From: Spirochaetia bacterium
GTDB lineage: Bacteria > Spirochaetota > Spirochaetia > UBA9216
Direction: 5' to 3'
DNA: 64,000 nucleotides
Assembly: GCA_965140585.1 (NCBI GenBank)
Contig: OZ223269.1
Span: 512,001 to 576,000 of the forward strand
Positions 1 to 9,646 of this stretch are shown in pieces. Position 1 is the first letter of the stretch, and each line of letters opens with the position of its first letter. The notes beneath the pieces are model-generated. The model made no database searches. It was not told where the DNA came from and saw only the letters and a program-made list of their open reading frames with translations. Made by a program: the position numbers and the translations under genes.

Positions 1-336
1 CAGATAAGTCTCTATGAACGAAAAGCCCGTGAAGAACTGTTTGAAAAGAAACGAACTGAACTGGAAGATACTGTTTACCGTGCATACGGCCTGCTGACTA
101 ACTGCAGACTGCTCGGATCAAACGAAGCAATGCAGAATCTGTCAATGCTGAGGCTCGGAGCCGCGCTTGGAATGTTAGAGCTTCCAATGAATATATGCAG
201 TACGCTGATATTTCTCAGTCAGAAATCGCATATACAGAGAATGCTTGGAAAGGATGAAGATGCATCCAATGATTCATTAATAGATTTTACTAGAGCCGAA
301 CTTATAAAAAAGGTAATACTGGAAAAACAACTGTAG
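1..336 (+). CDS. mcsB: Protein arginine kinase McsB, C-terminal part (5' end outside window)
   Basis: Frame 1 is open from base 1 and reads YERKAREELF..ELEDTVYRAYGLLTNCRLLGSNEAMQNLSMLRLG..SQKSHIQ..RAELIK, the McsB C-terminus. It lies directly upstream of clpC. Confidence 0.85.
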   Translation, partial: QISLYERKAREELFEKKRTELEDTVYRAYGLLTNCRLLGSNEAMQNLSMLRLGAALGMLELPMNICSTLIFLSQKSHIQRMLGKDEDASNDSLIDFTRAELIKKVILEKQL

Positions 337-354
337 AAAAATACGGAGGACGGA

Positions 355-2853
355 ATGTTCAAAGGCCTTACACAGAGAGCGCAGAGAATACTGACAATAT
401 TTGCCCAGGAAGAAGCTAAGCGGTTTCACTCGGATCAGCTGCTTCCCGAACATATCCTGCTTGCAATTATAAAGGAAGGTGAGGGCATCGGTTATAAAGC
501 CATGAAAAAGCTTAATATCGATCCCATAGAACTTCAGCTTGAGATAGAGCGCAATATACCTAAAAAACACAGCGGACTGATACTTGGCGATGTGCCTCCT
601 TCACGACGCGGTAAGAAAATTCTTGAAGATTCAGCTGAGGAAGCAAGAAATCTCGGTCATGACTATATCGGTACCGAGCATCTGATTATTGCTGCAGTTA
701 ATGAAGCGGGTAGTATTGCTTCACGCTTTTTCATTAAATATTCAGTTAATCCTGATGACTTAAGAAATACAGTGATTGAAATCAGAGGCCCGGGGAATGT
801 GAAGCAGAAGCCGGCACCGACTGATGAACCGGCAAGGAAGAAGCTTCCCATTAACAGCAAAAAATCTACACCTACTCTGGATGAGTTTGCCAGGGAGCTG
901 ACCGAATACGCCAGGCAGGAAAAGCTTGACCCTGTAATAGGACGTGAAAAGGAAATCCAGCGTGTAATTCAGATTCTCGCCAGACGTAATAAGAATAACC
1001 CCGTTCTCATCGGTGAACCGGGAGTAGGTAAAACCGCCATAGTAGAAGGTCTTGCACAGAAAATTGTCGACGGAGAAGCTCCCGAGGTTCTTATCGGAAA
1101 GCGTGTTCTTACCCTGGATCTGGCTTCACTCATAGCAGGTACAAAATACCGCGGTGAATTTGAGGAGAGACTCAAGCGTGTAATGAAAGAAATACGCGCG
1201 GCAGGAAATGTCATTCTGTTTATTGACGAACTTCATACAATTATCGGTGCAGGCGGTGCTGAAGGGGCCATAGACGCATCAAATATGCTTAAGCCTGCAT
1301 TATCCCGAGGAGAGCTTCAGTGCGTTGGTGCTACTACACTGAACGAATACAAGAAGTATATCGAGAAAGATGCTGCACTTGAAAGACGCTTTCAGACCAT
1401 TCTTGTAGAAGAACCGAATGTTGAGGATACCATTGCCATACTTCATGGGGTGAAAGCTAATTACGAAGAACATCATAATGTTAAATATACCGATGAAGCT
1501 GTTATTGCTGCAGCCAAGCTTTCGGATAAGTATGTACCGGACAGGTTTCTGCCGGACAAAGCAATCGATCTTATTGATGAAGCAGGTTCATACAAGCGGA
1601 TAAACAACAGTATCCGGCCCAAAGAACTTGCAGATATGGAAAAGAAGATCGAAGAGCTTACACAGGAAAAAATAACCCTTGTAAACAGCCAGAACTACGA
1701 AAAGGCTGCTGCTGTACGTGATAAGGTTCGTCAGATGAAATCTGAGGTTGAAGAGCTAAAGAAGGGCTGGCAGGATACGCTGAGGCATGAGAAAAATGTA
1801 GTGACTGATGAGGATATTCAGGAACTTATTTCAAATATCACCGGCATACCCTTGTTCCGTCTTGTACAGACTGAATCTGAAAGACTGCTTAAAATTGAGG
1901 CCGAACTTCACAAGACGGTTATCGGTCAGGATGATGCAATTAAAGTTGTTGCCTCATCGATAAGAAGATCGCGGACAGGTCTCAGTTCACCTACAAGGCC
2001 TATGGGGTCATTTATTTTCCTCGGTCCAACAGGTGTAGGAAAGACCCTTCTTGCAAAAACGCTTGCAGAGTTCCTCTTTGGAAATCAGGATTCCTTAATC
2101 CGTATAGATATGTCTGATTACATGGAAAAACATAACCTTTCAAGGCTTGTAGGAGCTCCTCCGGGATATGTAGGCTATGAAGAAGGCGGAGTCCTTACAG
2201 AACAGATACGAAGAAGACCCTATAGTGTAATTCTACTTGATGAAATTGAAAAAGCTCATCCTGATGTATTTAATCTGCTGCTGCAGGTTCTTGAAGAAGG
2301 TGAGCTTGCTGATAACCTCGGACACAAGGTCTCTTTTAGAAACACCGTGCTGATAATGACAAGTAATGCCGGTGCAAGAGAAATATCAAAAGGCTCGTCT
2401 CTTGGTTTTCAGGTATCTGAAGGTCTTATGGATCACGGTGAAATTAAGACTTCTGCCATGAATGAGCTTAGAAGAGTTTTCAGACCTGAGTTCCTTAACC
2501 GAATTGATGATATTGTAGTGTTTCACAGTCTTGATAAAGCTAATGTCAGTGAAATTTTCGATGTAATGATGTCTGAAGTAGCCATCAGGCTGTTTGAGAA
2601 TAATATTTTCATTGAAATTAGTAAAAAGGCAAAAGAGCGTCTTATTGAAATCGGTTACGATGTTAAATACGGAGCAAGACCTTTAAGAAGAACAATTCAG
2701 AACGAGATAGAAGATCCCCTGTCAATGGAGATTCTTAAAGGCAACTTCAAGAGCGGTGATCATATTCTTGTAGAAAGCAGAAATGAAAAGATAAAGTTTC
2801 GTTTAAAGAAAAATAACAAAGAACAGACAGAGCATGCTGAACAAAAAAATTAA
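355..2853 (+). CDS. clpC: ATP-dependent Clp protease ATP-binding subunit ClpC
   Basis: Two Clp-N repeats, two AAA modules (GEPGVGKT and GPTGVGKT), a UVR middle domain and an LGF ClpP-docking loop. SD GGAGG. Confidence 0.96.
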   Translation: MFKGLTQRAQRILTIFAQEEAKRFHSDQLLPEHILLAIIKEGEGIGYKAMKKLNIDPIELQLEIERNIPKKHSGLILGDVPPSRRGKKILEDSAEEARNLGHDYIGTEHLIIAAVNEAGSIASRFFIKYSVNPDDLRNTVIEIRGPGNVKQKPAPTDEPARKKLPINSKKSTPTLDEFARELTEYARQEKLDPVIGREKEIQRVIQILARRNKNNPVLIGEPGVGKTAIVEGLAQKIVDGEAPEVLIGKRVLTLDLASLIAGTKYRGEFEERLKRVMKEIRAAGNVILFIDELHTIIGAGGAEGAIDASNMLKPALSRGELQCVGATTLNEYKKYIEKDAALERRFQTILVEEPNVEDTIAILHGVKANYEEHHNVKYTDEAVIAAAKLSDKYVPDRFLPDKAIDLIDEAGSYKRINNSIRPKELADMEKKIEELTQEKITLVNSQNYEKAAAVRDKVRQMKSEVEELKKGWQDTLRHEKNVVTDEDIQELISNITGIPLFRLVQTESERLLKIEAELHKTVIGQDDAIKVVASSIRRSRTGLSSPTRPMGSFIFLGPTGVGKTLLAKTLAEFLFGNQDSLIRIDMSDYMEKHNLSRLVGAPPGYVGYEEGGVLTEQIRRRPYSVILLDEIEKAHPDVFNLLLQVLEEGELADNLGHKVSFRNTVLIMTSNAGAREISKGSSLGFQVSEGLMDHGEIKTSAMNELRRVFRPEFLNRIDDIVVFHSLDKANVSEIFDVMMSEVAIRLFENNIFIEISKKAKERLIEIGYDVKYGARPLRRTIQNEIEDPLSMEILKGNFKSGDHILVESRNEKIKFRLKKNNKEQTEHAEQKN

Positions 2854-3433
2854 CGAACTTACATACGTCGCATTTGACTTTGAGACAACCGGCCTCTATC
2901 CAGACAAGGATAAAATTATTGAGATAGGGGCGGTTAAATTTGATCTCTGCGGTGCAGAATACCGTTTTTCCGGCCTGATAAATCCCGGAGTCGGGATTCC
3001 CGAGGCAGCTTCGGCCGTAAACGGAATATCTGATGATATGGTAGCAGATAAGCCCTCAATAGATGTAATACTTCCCGACTTCATTGAGTTCATAAAAGAT
3101 TCGGTGCTCGTTGCGCATAATATCGGCTTTGACGCTGCATTTTTAAGGCAGAGTATTTCTGACTGTGGTTGGCTTGTGCCTGAACTTCCCCTTGTTGATA
3201 CTCTAGCACTTTCAAGAAGACATCTAAGGGGTTACCAGCGGTATACACTTGAAAGTCTGGCAATGAATCTTGGAATTAACCTTGAGAATGCACACCGTGC
3301 TGAAGATGATGCGGCAGCTTGTATGGAGGTTTTTCTTGTATGCCTTCAGAAAGTCGGCGGTTCATCAACCAGAACCCTGAGGGATTATCTCAAACTCTCC
3401 GGTCATCCCTTGAAAACGCTTTCAAAAAAGTAG
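2834..3433 (+). CDS. DEDDh 3'-5' exonuclease (DnaQ/PolC-type)
   Basis: Motifs FDFETTG, AHNIGFD and HRAEDDA. Confidence 0.92.
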   Translation: MLNKKINELTYVAFDFETTGLYPDKDKIIEIGAVKFDLCGAEYRFSGLINPGVGIPEAASAVNGISDDMVADKPSIDVILPDFIEFIKDSVLVAHNIGFDAAFLRQSISDCGWLVPELPLVDTLALSRRHLRGYQRYTLESLAMNLGINLENAHRAEDDAAACMEVFLVCLQKVGGSSTRTLRDYLKLSGHPLKTLSKK

Positions 3434-3455
3434 TTTTTATGATAGGTTTTTCCCG

Positions 3456-4385
3456 ATGAATCTTGAAGCTTTTATACTTGGAACCGGTGGCATGATGCCC
3501 CTTCCTTACCGATTTTTGACTTCTGTGCTTTTGAGAAGAGAAGGTGATTTATTTCTTTTTGACTGTGGAGAATCTACCCAGGTCTCTCTAAGAAAACTTA
3601 ATCTTAAGTGGAAAAAGATAAATTCTATTTTCATATCACACACTCATGCAGACCATGTAACCGGTCTTCCGGGCATTCTTATGCTCTCATCTCAGGTTGA
3701 TCGTGATGATCCTCTTTATATTTACGGACCGCCAAGAATAAAGGAATATGTTGAGACCAGCCGAAGGGTTTTGGAAATGTACATTAATTATGAGATAGTA
3801 GTTAAGGAAATTTTTGAACCCGGTGTCATTTATGAAAATGATGAGTTTTACATTAAAACAATACAGCTCAATCATACAAGGCCATGTGTCGGTTATTCGC
3901 TTGTAGAAAAAGACAGGCCAGGAATATTCTTTCCTGAAAAAGCTATCGCATCGGGTGTTCCGAAGGGGCCCCTCTGGTCGCAGCTGCAGCGGGGTGAAAA
4001 TGTTGTTCTTGAAGACGGAGTCACTGTCAAGCCCGGAGATGTTCTTGGCGAAGCAAGGAAAGGCCGAAAGTTTTCATTTATTACCGATACAGCAGTTACT
4101 TCTGAAATGCCCGAATTTGTTAAGGATTCAGATCTTCTTATTTGTGAAGGCATGTTCTGTGATGAACTGAAAGACAGTGCCTGGGAAAAGCGGCACATGA
4201 CTGCTGTGCAGGCTGCTGAAATTGCAAAAGCCGCTGGTGGTGTAAAACAGATGGGGCTCATCCATTACAGTCCGCGATATACTGAATATGATCTGAAACA
4301 TATGCTGAAAGAGGCCGCGGCAGTATTTCCTGATACATTCCTCTCTAGAGACGGTCAGTATATTCCAATTCTAAATGAAGACTGA
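3456..4385 (+). CDS. rnz: Ribonuclease Z
   Basis: LGTGGMMP, DCGE, HTHADH, GVPKGP exosite, ITDT and HYSPRY motifs. Confidence 0.95.
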   Translation: MNLEAFILGTGGMMPLPYRFLTSVLLRREGDLFLFDCGESTQVSLRKLNLKWKKINSIFISHTHADHVTGLPGILMLSSQVDRDDPLYIYGPPRIKEYVETSRRVLEMYINYEIVVKEIFEPGVIYENDEFYIKTIQLNHTRPCVGYSLVEKDRPGIFFPEKAIASGVPKGPLWSQLQRGENVVLEDGVTVKPGDVLGEARKGRKFSFITDTAVTSEMPEFVKDSDLLICEGMFCDELKDSAWEKRHMTAVQAAEIAKAAGGVKQMGLIHYSPRYTEYDLKHMLKEAAAVFPDTFLSRDGQYIPILNED

Positions 4386-5552
4386 TTAAACCTTCGTAGC
4401 TATAAACTGCCTGTATTTCTTTAAATCTGTCCTGAACGCTATTGTAGAACTGCCCGTTTCTTTTTCCGCCTTCGAAAGGGCTACCTTTGCTTCATGAATC
4501 ATCCGCTCCTCGTTGAGAAGCCGTCCATTACGCGAAGTAAGGCCTGCGAATATTTTAAAAGCTGATTTCGGAAATCGATTCTGTATACTTTTTTTGAAGC
4601 GTTCTACATCGGTATGACCTTCATCTATATCCTTGTCAGGAATAATAATACAAAAATCGCTGCTGCCGTATTCAAATGCAAGATCCTTGTAATTGAAATG
4701 TTCTATGATAAGTTCGGAAATATTTCTGTAGGGTATGAATCCTGATGGACTCTTTATGCTTATAAAAGTTAAGCAGGCATCCTGATCAAATGAAGCTGCT
4801 CTTTTAAGTTCAGCGGAGAGGCGTTCAGGAAGAAGATGTTCCCATACAAGACCGCTTTTTGGAGAGAATAAACTGCCTGTATCTTCTTTCGGCCTGGAAT
4901 CAGAGACCGCTGCTGCCTGGGGATCAACCCTTTCATCAGCAGGGTCTTCATTATTATCGGGAGAAGAATCTTCGTTATAAGGTTTGTCATTTGTGGTAAC
5001 TGCAGCATTTCTGCTCCCGTTAATGCTGAGAAAGATACCGGTTACAAGAAGAAAAAGTACAGCAAGAACAAGTGAATTTCTTAAGACCGGAAGTATTGAT
5101 GAGCGGGTAAAAGTATTTACTACTATTGTCAAAAAAAGATCGCTTGAAGGAACTGATAATTTAACAGATCTTTGAGTAAAGAAAGGGTTGTAGAGATTGA
5201 AATCAGGCTGCCCATTCCATCCAGAAATATCTGAAGGATCTGAGTTTAAAATCTTCTTGTCATAGATATTGAAATATACAGGTCCTTCGAGTTTGCTGTA
5301 GATAATTAACCCCGATAATTCAGAATAACTGCTCATTATCTCTCGTACACGCTGACTGAACCCGCTTCCTGAAAAGCCTTTCGAAAGCGAATATGAAACT
5401 TCAGCATCTTTCTGCAGAACATTGATGATTTCAGCAGCTGATGTATCACCGTTTTTCTTGAATCCATCTATCGAGTACCATATGTAGCCTGCAAGAGCTA
5501 TAAAAAATATCAAACTTACCGCAAAATATATTTTAACCGATGTTTTAACCAT
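4386..5552 (-). CDS. Membrane protein with periplasmic domain and degenerate GGDEF-like domain
   Basis: Two TM segments. The C-terminal region RLSAELKRAASFDQD..DLAFEYGSSDFCIIIPD has a GGDEF fold pattern with GSSDF in place of GGDEF. Confidence 0.7.
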   Translation of the reverse strand: MVKTSVKIYFAVSLIFFIALAGYIWYSIDGFKKNGDTSAAEIINVLQKDAEVSYSLSKGFSGSGFSQRVREIMSSYSELSGLIIYSKLEGPVYFNIYDKKILNSDPSDISGWNGQPDFNLYNPFFTQRSVKLSVPSSDLFLTIVVNTFTRSSILPVLRNSLVLAVLFLLVTGIFLSINGSRNAAVTTNDKPYNEDSSPDNNEDPADERVDPQAAAVSDSRPKEDTGSLFSPKSGLVWEHLLPERLSAELKRAASFDQDACLTFISIKSPSGFIPYRNISELIIEHFNYKDLAFEYGSSDFCIIIPDKDIDEGHTDVERFKKSIQNRFPKSAFKIFAGLTSRNGRLLNEERMIHEAKVALSKAEKETGSSTIAFRTDLKKYRQFIATKV

Positions 5553-5619
5553 ATATAATAATATTCGGTAGAAAAAAATATGTATATACTATTTTTTAAT
5601 AAAAAAGAGAGGCTGCTAT

Positions 5620-6444
5620 ATGTCCATACGCTACAGGAAGCTTCCAGAAGGCTGGTACCCTTCCCGAAGTGCTGATATCAAAAAAATGATAGATAATTGG
5701 ACCGAAGGGGTCGAGTATGATGAAACGTCTCATGCTGCAGTTGTTCCCCATGCAGGATGGTATTTTTCAGGAAGAACAGCTGCAAATACTTTAAAACAGC
5801 TGTGTTCTAATAAGGATGTTATAGCTGTAATTGGCGGACATTTACCGCCGGGTAATTCGATACTTGCTGCTTCTGAAGATTATTTTGAATTGCCGGATAA
5901 TGGAAAAGCTGTAAATGCAGCAGATGTTCTCGGTCTTTTAAAAAAAGAACTCTCTATCAAAGAAGATGTTTATACTGATAACACTGTTGAGGTTCTACTG
6001 CCTATGATAAATCAACTGGCTCCGGAGGCAGAGATACTTTGGCTTCGTGCACCTTCAGATTCAAAAAGTATTATTTTGGCTGAAAAACTGAAAAAACTTT
6101 TTACTGAACAGGAAATTTCAGGTGCTGTAGTCGGCTCTACGGACCTGTCTCACTATGGCCCTAACTACGGTTTTGCGCCTATGGATTCGCTGAATGACCC
6201 GGTAGGGTGGGTAAAAAAAGTAAATGATCAAAGAATAATAGATGCGATGATAAGCATGAGACCTGAAAATATTTTGAATACCGCATTAAATGAGTCATCT
6301 GCATGCTCTCCGGGAGCGGCGGCAGCAGCAGCAGTATTTGCAGGCCTGTCAAATATTAAATCAGGTAAGCTTGTTGAATATACCAGCAGCTATGATATTC
6401 AGCCATCAAGATCCTTCGTAGGTTATGCAGGTATTATTTATTAA
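5620..6444 (+). CDS. amrB: MEMO1 family protein (AmmeMemoRadiSam system protein B)
   Basis: GWYP, VPHAGWYFSG, STDLSHYG, SACSPG and SFVGYAGIIY motifs. Confidence 0.9.
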   Translation: MSIRYRKLPEGWYPSRSADIKKMIDNWTEGVEYDETSHAAVVPHAGWYFSGRTAANTLKQLCSNKDVIAVIGGHLPPGNSILAASEDYFELPDNGKAVNAADVLGLLKKELSIKEDVYTDNTVEVLLPMINQLAPEAEILWLRAPSDSKSIILAEKLKKLFTEQEISGAVVGSTDLSHYGPNYGFAPMDSLNDPVGWVKKVNDQRIIDAMISMRPENILNTALNESSACSPGAAAAAAVFAGLSNIKSGKLVEYTSSYDIQPSRSFVGYAGIIY

Positions 6445-8098
6445 GATAAATCCCTGTAGCTTCAAGAGCCCAAAGCCTGACCTTTCTCAGTATCTCCGAG
6501 GATGAAAAATTACTGTTTCGGTATTTTTTTCGGTAAACTGCAGCAATAGGGAAAAGTGTCGTCCATATATCGGTTACAGTAAAATCCAGCATAGAAAAAT
6601 ATAATGAAAGCGGTTCTGCGGGTTCAGGCAGATCAAGAATTTTTTTTCTGTAGTTCTCCAGAAAGTCGTACCAGCTGGATCTGCTTTTGCCGGCTGAAAA
6701 AAAACTGGTAAAATTTGATGTATGTTTATTCGGATTCTGAATTATTTCGAGTTTTTCACCCTGTCCGGGAACCGGAATAATCCTGCCTCTGACATTTGCA
6801 GAAAACTTTTCAAGCCTTTCTCGGTAACTGAGCATCGGTCTGGTTGTATAGCGAAAACCGTAATCGGTTTTAACTAGATTTATGTTCTCATTGCGGTGCA
6901 GAAAATTATAGAAATTGGAATCAATTCCTGATGTCCGTACTGCTCTGCTCCCGAAATAAGGATAGATATATGTACCTCTTGCATATGATTTACCTTCCGG
7001 ATAAGAGAAATCTGTTCCATAGAGGTAAATCTCTGCAGCACCAAGAGAGTCTGCAAGCGATAGTGCCGCATGGGTAACATTTCCGCCGGATGTATCGATA
7101 AAGGGGAACTGTCTCCAATTACGGTTAATGTATTTTGAAAAAGGATGTCCGCTTGTAAAGAAAAAGGTTTTATCTGTAAGCCTTGTAAGAAATGAAGGTG
7201 ACGCAAGATCCAATACCAATGGTACATCCTCGGGGTATCCGGCCATAAAGTGATGATAAGTTATCTGCTGGCAATCTATCGAAATTACCAGGTCCGGTTT
7301 TATTGAGTGACTCATTAGACTGGGCAGTGCAGTATCAGTTGAAATTAAAAAGCTTTCTTTTCTTCTTTTAATCAGATCATCAAGCTGAATATCAAGAGAT
7401 GGTCCGGCAGCCGCTATCAGAACTTTTTTTGCCGGTGGAATTATAGTTGTTGAATTTTGCGCTGCCTCTAGATTGGCCAGCGAATTAATAAACCATTTTT
7501 TGCCGAACCAGGTCTGGACAGTATAATCATCAGAAAGCGCATCAAGAATATCCTTGATGGAATCACCTATTTCATTGAAATAATTTTTTTCAGTTTCGAC
7601 CCTTGACCGTAGATATATTGTCTGGAAATCTCCCATTACGGCAGGAAGATAACTGGATAGAAGAAATTCTTTTATAGACTCTATTGTTTCATCAATGAGA
7701 ATGGTTATTCTTGCATCGGATAGTATATCTGAAAGATCAATTGATAACAGGATTGCTTTTAAAACAGTTATATCCTTGTCGATAATCAGGATCCCGTTGA
7801 TATCGTTACGTTCTAAAAGTCCCTTAATATGATAACAGGCACCCATACCGAAAATAACTATGTATCCTCCTCCGTGTACGGATTCTGAATAACGTTTTCC
7901 TTCTTTTATCGGATCGAAGAGACTATGCAGAGCAAAATCTCTTCCGTTATATTTAATCATAGGAACAAGCAGGCCGGTTCTTGAATCCTTAAATTCGGTG
8001 TTAACAGATTTAGCACAATTTGATAATCTTACCGACAGTTCCTTGTGGCGCAGTGAGAGTGATAATAGATTTCGTTCGAACAATGAATTAGTTAACAT
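6434..8098 (-). CDS. Motility-associated factor (Maf/DUF115) glycosyltransferase family protein
   Basis: LHSLFDPIKEG, FGMG, AAAGPSL, STDTA, SIDCQ, SGGNVTH and GTDFSY motifs. Confidence 0.85.
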   Translation of the reverse strand: MLTNSLFERNLLSLSLRHKELSVRLSNCAKSVNTEFKDSRTGLLVPMIKYNGRDFALHSLFDPIKEGKRYSESVHGGGYIVIFGMGACYHIKGLLERNDINGILIIDKDITVLKAILLSIDLSDILSDARITILIDETIESIKEFLLSSYLPAVMGDFQTIYLRSRVETEKNYFNEIGDSIKDILDALSDDYTVQTWFGKKWFINSLANLEAAQNSTTIIPPAKKVLIAAAGPSLDIQLDDLIKRRKESFLISTDTALPSLMSHSIKPDLVISIDCQQITYHHFMAGYPEDVPLVLDLASPSFLTRLTDKTFFFTSGHPFSKYINRNWRQFPFIDTSGGNVTHAALSLADSLGAAEIYLYGTDFSYPEGKSYARGTYIYPYFGSRAVRTSGIDSNFYNFLHRNENINLVKTDYGFRYTTRPMLSYRERLEKFSANVRGRIIPVPGQGEKLEIIQNPNKHTSNFTSFFSAGKSRSSWYDFLENYRKKILDLPEPAEPLSLYFSMLDFTVTDIWTTLFPIAAVYRKKYRNSNFSSSEILRKVRLWALEATGIYLNK

Positions 8099-9644
8099 AT
8101 CTGCTTATTTTATTAATAAAGATTTCAGCTTCTTCTGCAAGATTATTACCCATTTCAGAGAGCCTGTCCACTGAAACTTTTTTATATCTGCTTTTGAGCT
8201 CAAGGAGTCCGGGTAAAAACAGATTAAAAAAAATGCTTTTATCAGGATTGGTTAATATTTCATCAAGAGATTTAGCAATGTCAGATTTCAATAATCTGAT
8301 TTCATTCCGGGGTTTTAATAAATACTCACAAATTTTAGAATTCCGTGTATCCGCGTCAGGATAATTTAATTTTTTGGTGAATGATATGTTTTTAACACTA
8401 TTTGCCGTTAAAGATAAAATTTGATTGTCATTTAAAGCTGTATAGCCTGGAGGTGCGCCTTTTTGAGGATTATGAAATAAAACTCTATTTGATAATCTTC
8501 TGCTGTTTGATGCAAACCATCCGTAGTAAGCTTCCATAGCGTGATTGCGTCTGTCGAATCCGTGACCGATTTTAGTACTGTCCGATGCATTTCGATTATA
8601 ATAGGTGTTATGAAGTGGATTTGTTCTTTCTGACGAACTCTCGATTATATTGTCAAAAGTGTGGGGACGGCAGTGAGCCTGTATATCAGAAGAACATAGA
8701 TCAAGACCGCAGAAAATAATGTATGAATTGCATATTGTACTTGAAAGATCTAATGCTGAACCGGCGACAGTACCATTAGAAGGTATGTTCAGGAAATTTG
8801 ATTCATGATTTAAAATTTCGTCTTCAAGAAAGTAATTCTGAGTGAAAATAACGTTTTTTGTTTGTGAAGTACCATTTTGCGCTCCGGTAAGTGGTGATGC
8901 AACCGGTATATCTAAATTACTTAAATGCAATGAGGCATAATACCCTGGATCGGTAGATATGATTAAATCAGGTTCTATATCATTATTAAGCAGACAGGAT
9001 ATTGAAGAGGGGAGTGCTGCAAGGAAAACTGATTTTCTGATGTTTTTTATAATATTTATACTCTCTGAAAGACCCGGTCCTGAAGCTGCAATTACAATCA
9101 AATCAGATTTTCCGGTAAGTTCAAATGTGTTTTCAGTTCTCCTGTAATTTTGAATAAAATTGGAAAACATTCTTTTACCAAATCCTGAAAGGGTCGTTAT
9201 GTTTCCATGAAGTTCACGAATATATTGACTTAGAATATTTTCAATGTAAGCAGTTTCTCGTTTGAAGATTTTGTCGGATGCTGTCCATTTGAGCAGTGAA
9301 AATCCCTCAATATCAAGTTCATTTAAAACTGATGACAGAAAAGTTTTGAGCGGTAAATCACTCTCTGCATTCCAGATAAAATCTGATTTATTATTGTCTT
9401 TCTCAGCAAAAATAGTGCATGCATAGAGTGATACAATTTTGATATTGTAAGAGCAGTATTTGCGTGCTTCATCAGCAATGTAATTCAATCCGGGACAGAT
9501 TAATACAACTGTTGTGCTATTGATTTTTAAATTTGATTTTACGAATCGATTTGCTTCTTTAACCGGGTCAAAACTGGAATGCAGAAAAAGACCGTTTATT
9601 TCAACAGTTTTCTTTCCTGATCTGCTTTCGAGGAAATTGTACAT
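8088..9644 (-). CDS. Second Maf/DUF115 family protein
   Basis: LHSSFDPVKEA, AASGPGL, STDPGY, PSNGTVAG, GLDL and QAHCRPH motifs. Confidence 0.8.
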   Translation of the reverse strand: MYNFLESRSGKKTVEINGLFLHSSFDPVKEANRFVKSNLKINSTTVVLICPGLNYIADEARKYCSYNIKIVSLYACTIFAEKDNNKSDFIWNAESDLPLKTFLSSVLNELDIEGFSLLKWTASDKIFKRETAYIENILSQYIRELHGNITTLSGFGKRMFSNFIQNYRRTENTFELTGKSDLIVIAASGPGLSESINIIKNIRKSVFLAALPSSISCLLNNDIEPDLIISTDPGYYASLHLSNLDIPVASPLTGAQNGTSQTKNVIFTQNYFLEDEILNHESNFLNIPSNGTVAGSALDLSSTICNSYIIFCGLDLCSSDIQAHCRPHTFDNIIESSSERTNPLHNTYYNRNASDSTKIGHGFDRRNHAMEAYYGWFASNSRRLSNRVLFHNPQKGAPPGYTALNDNQILSLTANSVKNISFTKKLNYPDADTRNSKICEYLLKPRNEIRLLKSDIAKSLDEILTNPDKSIFFNLFLPGLLELKSRYKKVSVDRLSEMGNNLAEEAEIFINKISRYVN

Positions 9645-9646
9645 TA

